Positions 18,958 through 27,426 of a stretch of 64,000 bases of DNA are shown here, in pieces. A program made the position numbers and the translations under genes. The DNA is from an uncultured Clostridia bacterium (GTDB taxonomy: Bacteria > Bacillota > Clostridia > Christensenellales > CAMQZB01). Numbering within the stretch: the first letter of the stretch is position 1; every line of letters starts with the position of its first letter. The stretch lies in NCBI GenBank assembly GCA_964541255.1, contig CAZIPL010000003.1, positions 4,425 to 68,424 on the forward strand. Direction: 5' to 3'. Under the pieces are notes generated by a model. It did no database searches. It was given only the letters and a program-made list of their open reading frames with translations, and was not told the DNA's origin.

Positions 18958-19049
18958 TGTGGATAACTCAACAACGCCGATGCATAAAAACAAGGGGTAA
19001 AATGCATAAAAATAGGTAAGTTGTGCACTTATCCACATAGTTATCCACA
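18958..19049. promoter_or_regulatory. Cluster of three perfect DnaA boxes in a divergent promoter region
   Basis: TGTGGATAA at 18958-18966 and TTATCCACA at 19029-19037 and 19041-19049. Confidence 0.6.
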
Positions 19050-19187
19050 TATTTTTGCATGAGTTGTTAATAAAGACGACAAGAATTGCAATAATTCGAC
19101 AAAAATAAAAGATATTATTTGCAATTTTGTTCTTGCATTTCATGCATAAATGTTATACTATTATATGTATAAAAAAGGTGACGAAAT

Positions 19188-20489
19188 ATGATTGATTTTA
19201 AGCTTGCAAAAGATATGAGTATAAGCGCACTATTCGGCGAAAAGGGTATTTGCGACTGCGGCGGAGAGCATTTTTTGCCAAGCACCACGCTATACTCTTA
19301 TGAGGGTGCGGCGGAAAAGTTAAAAGAAGTCGTCGAAGAGCTTTGCCCGATGGGGAAAGTTCTTATTGTCGGTGCTGAAGACGTCGGAATTTATATAAAG
19401 GAAGTCGAAGAAAGGCTTTCGGGACTACGAATAGAAAAACTATCGATTCCAATAAACGCGACTGTTTCAGAAACGACGATGTCAAATCTTGCCGTTCCAG
19501 AGGATTCGCGACTTATTCTTTCTGTCGGAGGCGGCAGTGCGACCGATATCGGAAAACTCATCGCGAAAAAGCTCGACGTTCCCTTTGTCGCGTTTTTAAC
19601 GTCGATTGCATTCGATACGATATTTGACAGAAACGTCGAGATATGGCGAAGTTTTGTTTTGACAAAAGAAGAAGGAGCGTATCCAAGTGCCGTGATAATC
19701 GACCACGACATTATTGCCGAGTGCCCAAACGAGTTTTTTGCTTCGGCTATAGGACTTGCGGCGACGGAGTATCTCACGGTGTTCGATTGCTACACGAGAG
19801 ACAGATTTTTGAAAACCAAGGTGTGTCCGCATATTGTGGATATGCTAATATCAGGCGCTGAAAAGGTGATTTCGTCGGCAGAAGAAATCAAAAACTGCGG
19901 AAGATATGCGATAGCGCACTTTGTTGAGGGAATGCTCAAAATATCTGCAGCGCGTTCGCTTCTTATTGTCGATACGACAAGCGCTGTCAATGCGGCAATG
20001 AGAGCGTTATATTTGCAAAAAAGAAAGCGCGAAGAGGAAATTACGGCGCTATACGGTTCAAAAAGCTTTGAAGTATTCCTAAAAACGGTCAATATAATCT
20101 CGCTTTTTTATGAAACGAAAATGCTCGAAGAAACTCTTCCTCCCGATATGGATTATCGCTATGAGCTTTTGACGGAAAACTTAGGCATAAACGAATGGGC
20201 GGCATATAAAATAACTTCTCAGCTTGTTTCCCCGTCGGCATACCTTAATATAAAGAAAGCCGTTGACGAAAACAGAGAGTACTTTGCCGACGCGGCAAGA
20301 GAGCTTTTGAAGGTCTTGCAGAAAGCGGTAGAAGCGTATAACGTATTTGAAGTAGAAATCGTGCAAGAAGAAAAAGAAGACCTTTATGCAGCGCTTGTTT
20401 GCTCGACGGAGGTATGCGGTTCGTTCACCACCCTCACCATTATGAAATACTTGGGGCTTTTGGAAAGATATGACGCAAAAAGAAATTGA
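19188..20489 (+). CDS. Iron-containing alcohol dehydrogenase / glycerol-1-phosphate dehydrogenase (AraM/EgsA)-like protein with C-terminal extension
   Basis: Motif GGGSATDIGKLIAKK and the surrounding beta-alpha pattern resemble DHQS-like glycerol(-phosphate) dehydrogenases. The assignment is by motif only. Confidence 0.45.
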   Translation: MIDFKLAKDMSISALFGEKGICDCGGEHFLPSTTLYSYEGAAEKLKEVVEELCPMGKVLIVGAEDVGIYIKEVEERLSGLRIEKLSIPINATVSETTMSNLAVPEDSRLILSVGGGSATDIGKLIAKKLDVPFVAFLTSIAFDTIFDRNVEIWRSFVLTKEEGAYPSAVIIDHDIIAECPNEFFASAIGLAATEYLTVFDCYTRDRFLKTKVCPHIVDMLISGAEKVISSAEEIKNCGRYAIAHFVEGMLKISAARSLLIVDTTSAVNAAMRALYLQKRKREEEITALYGSKSFEVFLKTVNIISLFYETKMLEETLPPDMDYRYELLTENLGINEWAAYKITSQLVSPSAYLNIKKAVDENREYFADAARELLKVLQKAVEAYNVFEVEIVQEEKEDLYAALVCSTEVCGSFTTLTIMKYLGLLERYDAKRN

Positions 20490-21273
20490 AAAACTGAAAG
20501 AAATAGAATGCTTTGTGTTCGATCTCGACGGAACGATATATATAGAAAGAACGCTTATCGAAGGCGCAAAAGAGACTATCGATTATTTGCGCAAAAATGG
20601 CAAAAAAGTCATATTTTTAACAAATAATTCGTCAGTTTCGGCGGAGTATTACCGCAAAAAAATCAACGATATAGGAATATATTGCGACATAAAAGAGATA
20701 TATACTTCGGGGAATGCGACGATAAGATTTTTGAAAAACAACTTCAGAAGCGAGAGCGTATACTTAGTCGGAACGAAAGAGCTTGAAAAAGAGTTTATTG
20801 AGGGCGGAATTAAGCTGACAAACGACAAGCCCGACATAGTATGCCTTGCTTACGACAAAGAACTTAACTATCAAAAGCTTGTTTTGTTGACAAGATACCT
20901 TCATATGGGAGCAAAATTCATTGCAACGCACCCCGACGTAAATTGCCCCGCGAAGCCGTTTTACGAACCCGACGTCGGAGCAATGCTCGAAATGATAGAA
21001 AAAAGTACTGGCAGACGTCCCGAGACGATTTGCGGCAAGCCCTATCGCCCGATTGCCGAGGGCATTTCCGAAGCGTGTGGTCTTCCCCTTGAAAAAATCG
21101 CAATGGTCGGAGATCGAATGTATACGGATATTCGTTTCGGGCTTCTCAACAATATGCTGTCCGTCTTGGTTTTGACGGGAGAAACGACAAAAGAAGATTT
21201 GAAATCGAGCGATATTATCCCCGACGTCGTTCTAAATTCTGTGGCGGATATAAAAACCGCACTCGAATCGTAA
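20470..21273 (+). CDS. HAD-IIA family sugar-phosphate phosphatase (NagD/AraL-like)
   Basis: Motif I FVFDLDGTIY, motif II LTNNSS, motif III/IV GKP...GDR..TDI. Its start overlaps the upstream gene by 20 nt. Confidence 0.8.
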   Translation: MTQKEIEKLKEIECFVFDLDGTIYIERTLIEGAKETIDYLRKNGKKVIFLTNNSSVSAEYYRKKINDIGIYCDIKEIYTSGNATIRFLKNNFRSESVYLVGTKELEKEFIEGGIKLTNDKPDIVCLAYDKELNYQKLVLLTRYLHMGAKFIATHPDVNCPAKPFYEPDVGAMLEMIEKSTGRRPETICGKPYRPIAEGISEACGLPLEKIAMVGDRMYTDIRFGLLNNMLSVLVLTGETTKEDLKSSDIIPDVVLNSVADIKTALES

Positions 21274-21414
21274 GGCGAAATAATAGATTATATCAATATA
21301 ATAATAAGTCCGTATTTTGAAATGCAAAATAATAGTTAGACTATGTTGAGAGTGCATTTTGAAATGACGGACTTTTAGTTTTGTTTATTGATATTGCTAA
21401 ACTATATTAGAATC

Positions 21415-21570
21415 TATAATACAAGAAGTTTCTGTTTTGCTTGCAAAGAACAGAAACGCCGCAGTATTTCAAGCCTAGAAGCACAAAACGATAGTTTTGT
21501 GGCAAAGCATTCTTGTTTTGCAAAATGTTTTGACGTCAGACAAAGCATTTACTTCTTATAGGTTATATTA
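21415..21570 (+). repeat. Interspersed structured repeat, copy R3 (~155 bp, imperfect terminal inverted repeats)
   Basis: Left end is TATAATACAAGAAGT and right end is ACTTCTTATAGGTTATA. Co-linear with 22841-22995 along its whole length. Confidence 0.8.
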
Positions 21571-21633
21571 TAAGTATTTAGAAAGATTTTTCAATAAAAA
21601 GCAACAACTTTTATTGGCGCTAAAGAATAGTAA

Positions 21634-22809
21634 TCATTTAGATTGATTATCGTGTTTTTTCCTATAAACATTCGGAGTTAATCCCGTTACGTTTTTAAAA
21701 GTATTAGAAAACGCCGATTGCGAGGAATATGAAAGTTTGTATGCTATTTCGGACAAAGAAAGCGGTGTGTTTTGCAAAAGATATTTTGCATAATTTATTT
21801 TTCTTTTTGCGATATATTCTGTCAAAGTTATTCCGATTTCTCTTTTGAATAGGACTGAAAGATAGTTTTTGTTTATAGATAGTGCCGAAGCGATCGAAGA
21901 AAGCGATAGCGGCGATGTTATATTGGAATCGATATACTTTTGCGTAAGTTTAATATTATAGTTTGACGATTTCGGCATGCGATAGTTTTTCACTGCATTG
22001 GCAAAAGCAAACAAAAGCTCGTAACCGACGGAAAAATCGTTAGGTGTGGTCATTTTCTCGATTTCGACAAAGTATTTATCGGAGTAAGAATAAGCTATCG
22101 ACGGGGGAAGTCCGCCGCTAATTGCGGCGCGTGAAGAAATCGTCAACAGCACTTCGAGCATGTTTTGAGTTTGTCTTAAAGAATTGTCAGAAAGTATTCC
22201 TATATTACCCGCAAAAGAAGTTGCAGAAATAATTGAAGTTATTTTTTCAGGCAAACCGTAGGTTATTAGTGAAGAAATCTTTTTTTCGAAGTCATAAGAT
22301 ATATTGTTTAGTCTTTCTTGATGTTCGTCATCGGAGATTTGCGGCGGTTCATTTATTGTCGCGGCATTTGTTCTTCTAATCGAAGAACATGTTTTATTAA
22401 TGACAACATTTATCGAATCGGTAAGAGTCGTAAATTTAATAATAGGGAAATACGGCATTTGTGAAAGCATTTCCGTAGCATCTTGTGTTGAAATTCCGTC
22501 GAATGCGGAGGTGTAGACAAGTTTTTTTGCCAATGAGTTTTCATAAGGAATAGTAAGAACGGGGCCGATAACGACAGTTCCGTTATCAAAGGGTAAAACG
22601 GCGAAGGTTATTCCGAATTTTGAATCGATTATCTTCGGTTCGAGGTTTTGATTGGAAAGGAGAGTGTTCTTGAAGTAATTAAAAATGAGGTTGTTTTTGT
22701 CGTAGAAAAGCGAAGAGAAAACGCAATTATCGCTCTCAAAAAGTCTTATATCGGTTTCCGAAAAGGAAGCTATATTGTTCAAAAACGATATGAGTCGAGC
22801 TTTTTTCAT
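21634..22809 (-). CDS. AraC-family transcriptional regulator with ~280-aa uncharacterised N-terminal domain (paralog 1)
   Basis: C-terminal double HTH: LSSIASALSINKNYLSVLFKRE...SQSAFSNTFKNVTGLTPNVYRK. I prefer the ATG at 22809 (GGAG RBS) over the track start at 22821. Confidence 0.85.
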   Translation of the reverse strand: MKKARLISFLNNIASFSETDIRLFESDNCVFSSLFYDKNNLIFNYFKNTLLSNQNLEPKIIDSKFGITFAVLPFDNGTVVIGPVLTIPYENSLAKKLVYTSAFDGISTQDATEMLSQMPYFPIIKFTTLTDSINVVINKTCSSIRRTNAATINEPPQISDDEHQERLNNISYDFEKKISSLITYGLPEKITSIISATSFAGNIGILSDNSLRQTQNMLEVLLTISSRAAISGGLPPSIAYSYSDKYFVEIEKMTTPNDFSVGYELLFAFANAVKNYRMPKSSNYNIKLTQKYIDSNITSPLSLSSIASALSINKNYLSVLFKREIGITLTEYIAKRKINYAKYLLQNTPLSLSEIAYKLSYSSQSAFSNTFKNVTGLTPNVYRKKHDNQSK

Positions 22810-22840
22810 AAAGATCTCCATTTAATAATTTGTATGGATA

Positions 22841-22995
22841 TATAATACAAGAAGTTTGTGCTTTGCTTGCAAGGAGCAGAAACTTCGATGTTTTTCAAAC
22901 TAAGAAGTGCGAAACGATAGTTTCGCGGCAAAGCACGCTTGCTTTGCAAAGATTTTATCTCAAGATAAAAGATTTACTTCGTATAGATTATACTA
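22841..22995 (+). repeat. Interspersed structured repeat, copy R4
   Basis: Runs TATAATACAAGAAGT...ACTTCGTATAGATTATACTA. By eye about three quarters identical to R3 with no large gaps. Lies in the AraC/GPH divergent intergenic region. Confidence 0.8.
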
Positions 22996-23159
22996 AAAAC
23001 AACGGTGGCAAGCAATCGAATATCATAAAAAAGCAAATAAAAAAGTGTATATTTTGCAATAAAAACGAATGTTGTGATATAAAACGGCGGATTATTATTA
23101 TATCATATCGTTATAAGGTTTTAATAACCTTGCAACGATTTTAGTGTGAGGATGGAAAA

Positions 23160-24617
23160 ATGAGAAAAAAGAAAAAAGGGACAATAGGATTCAAAGAAGT
23201 GTTCGGCGTAACGATTATGTCGATTCTAACAGGTTTGACATCCACCGTTATGCAATCAGGCTTTATGTCATATATGACAGACTACGCAGGTTTGGGGGCG
23301 CTCGGAGCAACTCTTGCGACGACGCTGCTTTTTGCGGCAAGAATAATTGACGCAGTTGACGATCCGATCCAAGGATATATAGTAGACAGTGCAAAGCCTA
23401 CGCGTATTGGAAAATATAAGCCGTTCTTCTTGCTAGCGTTCGTTATGACCGCCGTAGGCGTTTCTTGTTTGTTCTTTATTCCGTCGGGACTTACGGATAA
23501 GCCGGTAATGGTTTGTATTTGGGTAGTATTCTTTTATTTGCTTTATGATATCGGAACGTCGTTCTACAATCCGTTACTTTTATATAGAACGATGACAGAT
23601 GACGTCGGAGAAAGGTCTAAGCTCGTTACGTGGCCGAGGATAATGGGAATGATTCTTTCCGTTATAGGGACTATGCTTCTTAAAATCATCGTTTCGGTCA
23701 ACGAACAGGTTCAAGATATGCACTTGTCTTACGGAATCGTAATGACTGCGATGATGACTATCGGCGGATTGCTTTCGATTTTAGGCTGTTTCATGGTTAA
23801 AGAGAATGTACAGCATGTCGAATTCGAAGAAGAAAAAGAAGAGAAAGTCAAGATTACGGATATTATCACGGTATTAAAGGAAAATAAAGCGATGAGATTA
23901 AATGCATTATCTTCGTTATTCTCGGGCTTTATCTGGACATTCCTTTTTTCGGCGATTACATATTATATTAAATACGGATTCTGCGTAAATTTAGAAACGG
24001 GCGAAGTAAACTTAGGTTTGCAGTCGATAATGGCGATGATTTCCGGGCTTATGATGATTCTCCCCATTCTTGTAGCTACATTTGTTTCTGTTCCGATACT
24101 TAAAAAAGTCGGTGACCCTTGCAAGATGTCGAGAGTGTTGCTTCTTTTGAAAGCAGTTTTCGGACTTCTACTATTCTTATTGCAGATGTTCGGTCTTTTA
24201 ACAAAGTCTTCGACATTGTTCTTTGGACTTATGTTCGCTTCGAGTTTCACAATTGGCCTCGATTTCGTTCCGGGACAAAATATGGGAATGGAAATTATGG
24301 ATTATCAAATTTACCTCACGGGAAAAGACAGATCTGCACTCATGAATGCGGTCGGTAATTTTATCAGTAAAGCGCAAAACGCAATAGCCGCCGGCATGGT
24401 CGGAGTGATCCTAATTGCGATCGGTTACGAAGTCGATTCTGTGACGGGAGATTATGTCGGCGAACTTTCGCAGATCCCCGTAATGCTCAATTGGTTCACG
24501 GTTCTAATGGGGCTTGTCCCGTGTATTCTTGCGATTATCTCATATGTATTGCTTCTCGGATATCCCGTTACTAAAGAAATAAGAGCGGAAATGTATGCGA
24601 AAAAAGCGCAAGAATAA
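23160..24617 (+). CDS. GPH-family (glycoside-pentoside-hexuronide:cation symporter, MFS_2) transporter
   Basis: Twelve-TM pattern and GPH signature RIIDAVDDPIQGYIVD...IGKYKPF. Close paralog of 39108-40583. Confidence 0.85.
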   Translation: MRKKKKGTIGFKEVFGVTIMSILTGLTSTVMQSGFMSYMTDYAGLGALGATLATTLLFAARIIDAVDDPIQGYIVDSAKPTRIGKYKPFFLLAFVMTAVGVSCLFFIPSGLTDKPVMVCIWVVFFYLLYDIGTSFYNPLLLYRTMTDDVGERSKLVTWPRIMGMILSVIGTMLLKIIVSVNEQVQDMHLSYGIVMTAMMTIGGLLSILGCFMVKENVQHVEFEEEKEEKVKITDIITVLKENKAMRLNALSSLFSGFIWTFLFSAITYYIKYGFCVNLETGEVNLGLQSIMAMISGLMMILPILVATFVSVPILKKVGDPCKMSRVLLLLKAVFGLLLFLLQMFGLLTKSSTLFFGLMFASSFTIGLDFVPGQNMGMEIMDYQIYLTGKDRSALMNAVGNFISKAQNAIAAGMVGVILIAIGYEVDSVTGDYVGELSQIPVMLNWFTVLMGLVPCILAIISYVLLLGYPVTKEIRAEMYAKKAQE

Positions 24618-24676
24618 GTATAGGAAAATAGAATTGCTCAAATAAACTCTCTTTTTTGCTGATAAGCAATAGAAAG

Positions 24677-24699
24677 CGGCTCGTTTTCGAGCCGTTTTT
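24677..24699 (+). terminator. Rho-independent terminator after the GPH transporter
   Basis: CGGCTCG (24677-24683), TTTT loop, CGAGCCG (24688-24694), then TTTTT. Confidence 0.7.
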
Positions 24700-24733
24700 C
24701 TATTTATAAGAGTTAAGATTAATTTTATATCAC

Positions 24734-24762
24734 AAAAAAAGACCTGCAAAATATTGCAGGTC
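24734..24762 (-). terminator. Rho-independent terminator of hup
   Basis: GACCTGCAA (24741-24749) pairs with TTGCAGGTC (24754-24762). A T-run follows on the minus strand (A7 at 24734-24740). Confidence 0.75.
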
Positions 24763-24792
24763 AAACAATCATAAGTAAAAACGAATCTTAGA

Positions 24793-25065
24793 TTAGTTCA
24801 AAAGATCCTTATAAGCTTTGCTGAACTTTGCGGCGGGAGCTTTGCTTGCGGGGATCTGAATCTTCTCGTTCGTTCTGGGGTTGATGCCTTCGCGAGCGGG
24901 TTTATTCTTTACTTCGAAGTTAGCAAATCCTGTAAGCTGAACCTTTTCGCCGTTTTTGAGAGCGTCCGTCAAAGTACCTACAAAAGCGTCGTAAACAACG
25001 GCTGCGTCTTTCTGGCTGATATCTGCCTTAGTGGCAAAAGCTTTGATAAATTCACCTTTATTCAT
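24793..25065 (-). CDS. hup: Nucleoid-associated DNA-binding protein HU
   Basis: 90 aa: [10 protein letters not shown]...[35 protein letters not shown]-type arm. AGGAGG RBS. Confidence 0.93.
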   Translation of the reverse strand: [90 protein letters not shown]

Positions 25066-25202
25066 AAAAATTACCTCCTGAATTTGTATTGTTATTATAG
25101 CAAAAAATATCTAATATATCAATAGTTTTTAATAAAAAAACGTGTTGCACGGCAAAATATAGGGATAAATGGGCTAAAATACGACTAAAACGGATAAAAA
25201 TA

Positions 25203-25231
25203 TTGCCTTTTTGAGATATTAGATGTATAAT
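25203..25231 (+). promoter_or_regulatory. Extended -10 promoter placed for a leaderless transcript of the EamA gene
   Basis: TTGCCT (25203-25208), 17-bp spacer ending in TG, TATAAT (25226-25231). The ATG at 25238 lies 7 nt after the -10 element. Confidence 0.4.
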
Positions 25232-25237
25232 CACGGT

Positions 25238-26173
25238 ATGGAAAAGTATTGGATCTTACTTGCTTTCGGCTCGTGTATCTTTGCCGGAGCAACGTCTATT
25301 TTAGCGAAAATAGGAATAAAAAACGTCGATTCGCATTTCGCGACGGCGATAAGGACGTGCGTCGTTGCGGCGATTGCTTGCATATTTGCCGCTGCGCTCG
25401 GGCAGTTCGATCAAATAGCGGCCATCTCGAAAAGAAGCTACATACTTCTTATCCTTTCGGGCTTAGCGACGGGCGGAAGCTGGATTTGCTATTTCTACGC
25501 ATTGAAAAACGCAGAAGCTTCAAAGGTTGCCCCGATAGACAAGTCGTCTACGATTTTGGCGATACTTTTAGCAACGCTTATCTTCCCCGATGAACCGTTT
25601 AACGAGATTACGGTTGTGGGTCTTGTCGGCATTGCAATGGGTACGGTTATGATGCTCGGACTTCCTCGAAAAGCAATTAACGAGGATATGAACAAAGCTC
25701 ACGTTGTCGAAGTATCCGAAGAAGAGCGAAAAGCTAAGAAAAAAGAGCTTACAGGACTTATCTTTGCTTTGCTTTCTGCGATATTTGCGGCTTTCACTTC
25801 TATATTGGCAAAGCTCGGAATGGAAGACGTTCCGTCGCAGCTCGGAACGGCATTAAGAACGTTGGTCGTTCTCGTGCTCGCTTGGGGTATTGTACTTTTG
25901 AACTCTAAGCACAACAAAGAATCGTATAAAATGGACAAAAAGTCCTTCCTCTTCCTTATTCTTTCTGGTATTACGACGGGGCTTTCGTGGGTATGCTATT
26001 ATGCGGCATTGAAGTTCGGAAAAGCGTCGGTAGTAATTCCGATCGATAAGCTTTCGATAGTCATCACGGTTTTGTTTGCTTGGATAGTTCTCAAAGAAAA
26101 ACCGACGCTCTCCTCTATCGTGGGACTTGTACTTATAACGGCAGGAACATTAACGCTTGTTATCGGAGCGTAA
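25238..26173 (+). CDS. EamA/DMT-superfamily transporter (two EamA repeats joined by a charged linker)
   Basis: Ten predicted TM helices in a 5+5 arrangement, with the linker NEDMNKAHVVEVSEEERKAKKKE. The start is chosen at 25238 because the 25223 ATG overlaps the -10 box. Confidence 0.7.
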   Translation: MEKYWILLAFGSCIFAGATSILAKIGIKNVDSHFATAIRTCVVAAIACIFAAALGQFDQIAAISKRSYILLILSGLATGGSWICYFYALKNAEASKVAPIDKSSTILAILLATLIFPDEPFNEITVVGLVGIAMGTVMMLGLPRKAINEDMNKAHVVEVSEEERKAKKKELTGLIFALLSAIFAAFTSILAKLGMEDVPSQLGTALRTLVVLVLAWGIVLLNSKHNKESYKMDKKSFLFLILSGITTGLSWVCYYAALKFGKASVVIPIDKLSIVITVLFAWIVLKEKPTLSSIVGLVLITAGTLTLVIGA

Positions 26174-26175
26174 TT

Positions 26176-26204
26176 TGGAAAATTAAAAGCATTTCGCTCG
26201 ACGA
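26176..26204 (+). terminator. Rho-independent terminator after the EamA gene
   Basis: AAAGCATTTCG (26176-26186) pairs with CGAAATGCTTT (26192-26202), followed by a T-run. Confidence 0.75.
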
Positions 26205-26220
26205 AATGCTTTTTAAATAC

Positions 26221-26372
26221 GAGAAAACATAAATTTGCTTGAAAAAGTTTGGTACGAAACGTTGCCAAAATACGGCGCGCCAATTATTCTTACGGCGAAA
26301 GATTCCACCGAAAGAAGTCATTTGGTTTTGCGACAAAGCGGCTACTATTTTGCTTGAAAGGTGCGGAACCCT
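26221..26372 (+). repeat. Interspersed structured repeat, mosaic or degenerate copy R5
   Basis: Contains two head modules: TTGCTTGAAAAAGTTTGGTA near 26225 and TTGCTTGAAAGGTGCGGAACCCTC near 26339. Also contains the GTTTTGCGACAAAGC hairpin module, in a different order. Confidence 0.55.
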
Positions 26373-26421
26373 CAAAAAATCAAACTTGATAAGCCCATAT
26401 TAAAGGGTAGATTACAATATT

Positions 26422-27123
26422 ATGAAAAAAGAAGAAATCAGAAAAGAACTTCTCGCCAACGTAGACGAAGAGTATAAAAAGTTCAACGAGAAGCTTACGC
26501 CGACTCGTTATGAGGTTTTGGGAGTTAGACTTCCGATTTTGAGAGATGTTGCAAAAAACATGGCGAAAAACTTCGAAGAAAGCTTGCAAAATACAGACTT
26601 TATGTATTTTGAAGAGGTGTTTTTGTTTGGGCTTACGAGCTGCTACATAAAAGCTGACGCGAAGACAAAGCTTAGCTATTTCGATAAATATCTAAATTAT
26701 GCGGACAATTGGTCGCATATAGACTCCGTCGTCATGACGATTGGTTTTAAGAAAAGCGAGCTTGATATCGTCAAGCAAAAAGCCGAAGAATATATTCTTT
26801 CGGGTAAAGAATTTGTCGAGCGAGCTGGCGTTTTGCTTATTATGAAGCATTTTTTGGATAACGAGCTTAATGAGTGCGTAAAACTTTTAGAAAAAGCCGA
26901 AACGAAATACTATTACGTATCTATGGCGGTCGCTTGGTGCTTATGCGAACTGGCAATCACAAATCCTAAGTTTTTGATTGAATATCTGCAGAACGCGCCG
27001 ATAGACGATAAAACGGTCAATCGGGCGATCTCGAAGTGCCGCGATTCTTTCAGAATATCGGACGAAAACAAGAAAAAGCTGAAAGAGCTGAAACGTTATC
27101 CATTGAAAGACATACCAGATTAA
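26422..27123 (+). CDS. DNA alkylation repair protein (AlkD-like HEAT-repeat family)
   Basis: 233 aa. The N-terminus MKKEEIRKELLANVDEEYKKFNEKL...LGVRLPILRDVAK and the overall helical repeat pattern are typical of the family. Confidence 0.65.
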   Translation: MKKEEIRKELLANVDEEYKKFNEKLTPTRYEVLGVRLPILRDVAKNMAKNFEESLQNTDFMYFEEVFLFGLTSCYIKADAKTKLSYFDKYLNYADNWSHIDSVVMTIGFKKSELDIVKQKAEEYILSGKEFVERAGVLLIMKHFLDNELNECVKLLEKAETKYYYVSMAVAWCLCELAITNPKFLIEYLQNAPIDDKTVNRAISKCRDSFRISDENKKKLKELKRYPLKDIPD

Positions 27124-27426
27124 GCCTTAAAGCCGTCTTTTTGCGGAATTTCCAAATCTACGCTTATGGTATGTCGATGAGAAAAACGATAATGAGTGGG
27201 TTTTGCCTTGGCAGAACTCATTTTTTTGTATAAACGACCACGCGATATAAAACCGCCCATTTTTTGTCTAATCTTTTGGGTTCACATCATTATCGATGAT
27301 TTTCATATTCAATAAAGTATTTATTATGAAAAGTATCTTTTGATTACATCAATCGATTTATTTGAAAAGATATCCGCCTTATTTTCGATGCGAATTTACA
27401 AATTCGCAAGATTTGTAAAGGGGGTA

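Noticed and set aside
18949-19143. A 64-aa ORF overlapping the DnaA-box cluster, considered as a possible sda-like checkpoint gene.
   Set aside because: It is a hydrophobic, low-complexity translation of AT-rich promoter DNA. It has no RBS and does not resemble Sda.
21437-21530. Possible sigma-54 (TGGCA-N-TTGC) or sigma-A promoters inside the repeats, built from the TTGCTTGCAAGG and GGCAAAGC..TTGC motifs.
   Set aside because: The GG-to-GC spacing is 14-19 nt instead of 12. The sigma-A-like hexamers are separated by 30 or more nt on the plus strand. Only a weak minus-strand outward promoter with 19-bp spacing can be drawn, and it is mentioned as a hypothesis in the findings.
25223-25237. The upstream ATG at 25223, given in the ORF track as the EamA start.
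   Set aside because: It lies within the -10 region (TATAAT at 25226-25231) of the only credible promoter and has no RBS. I prefer 25238.
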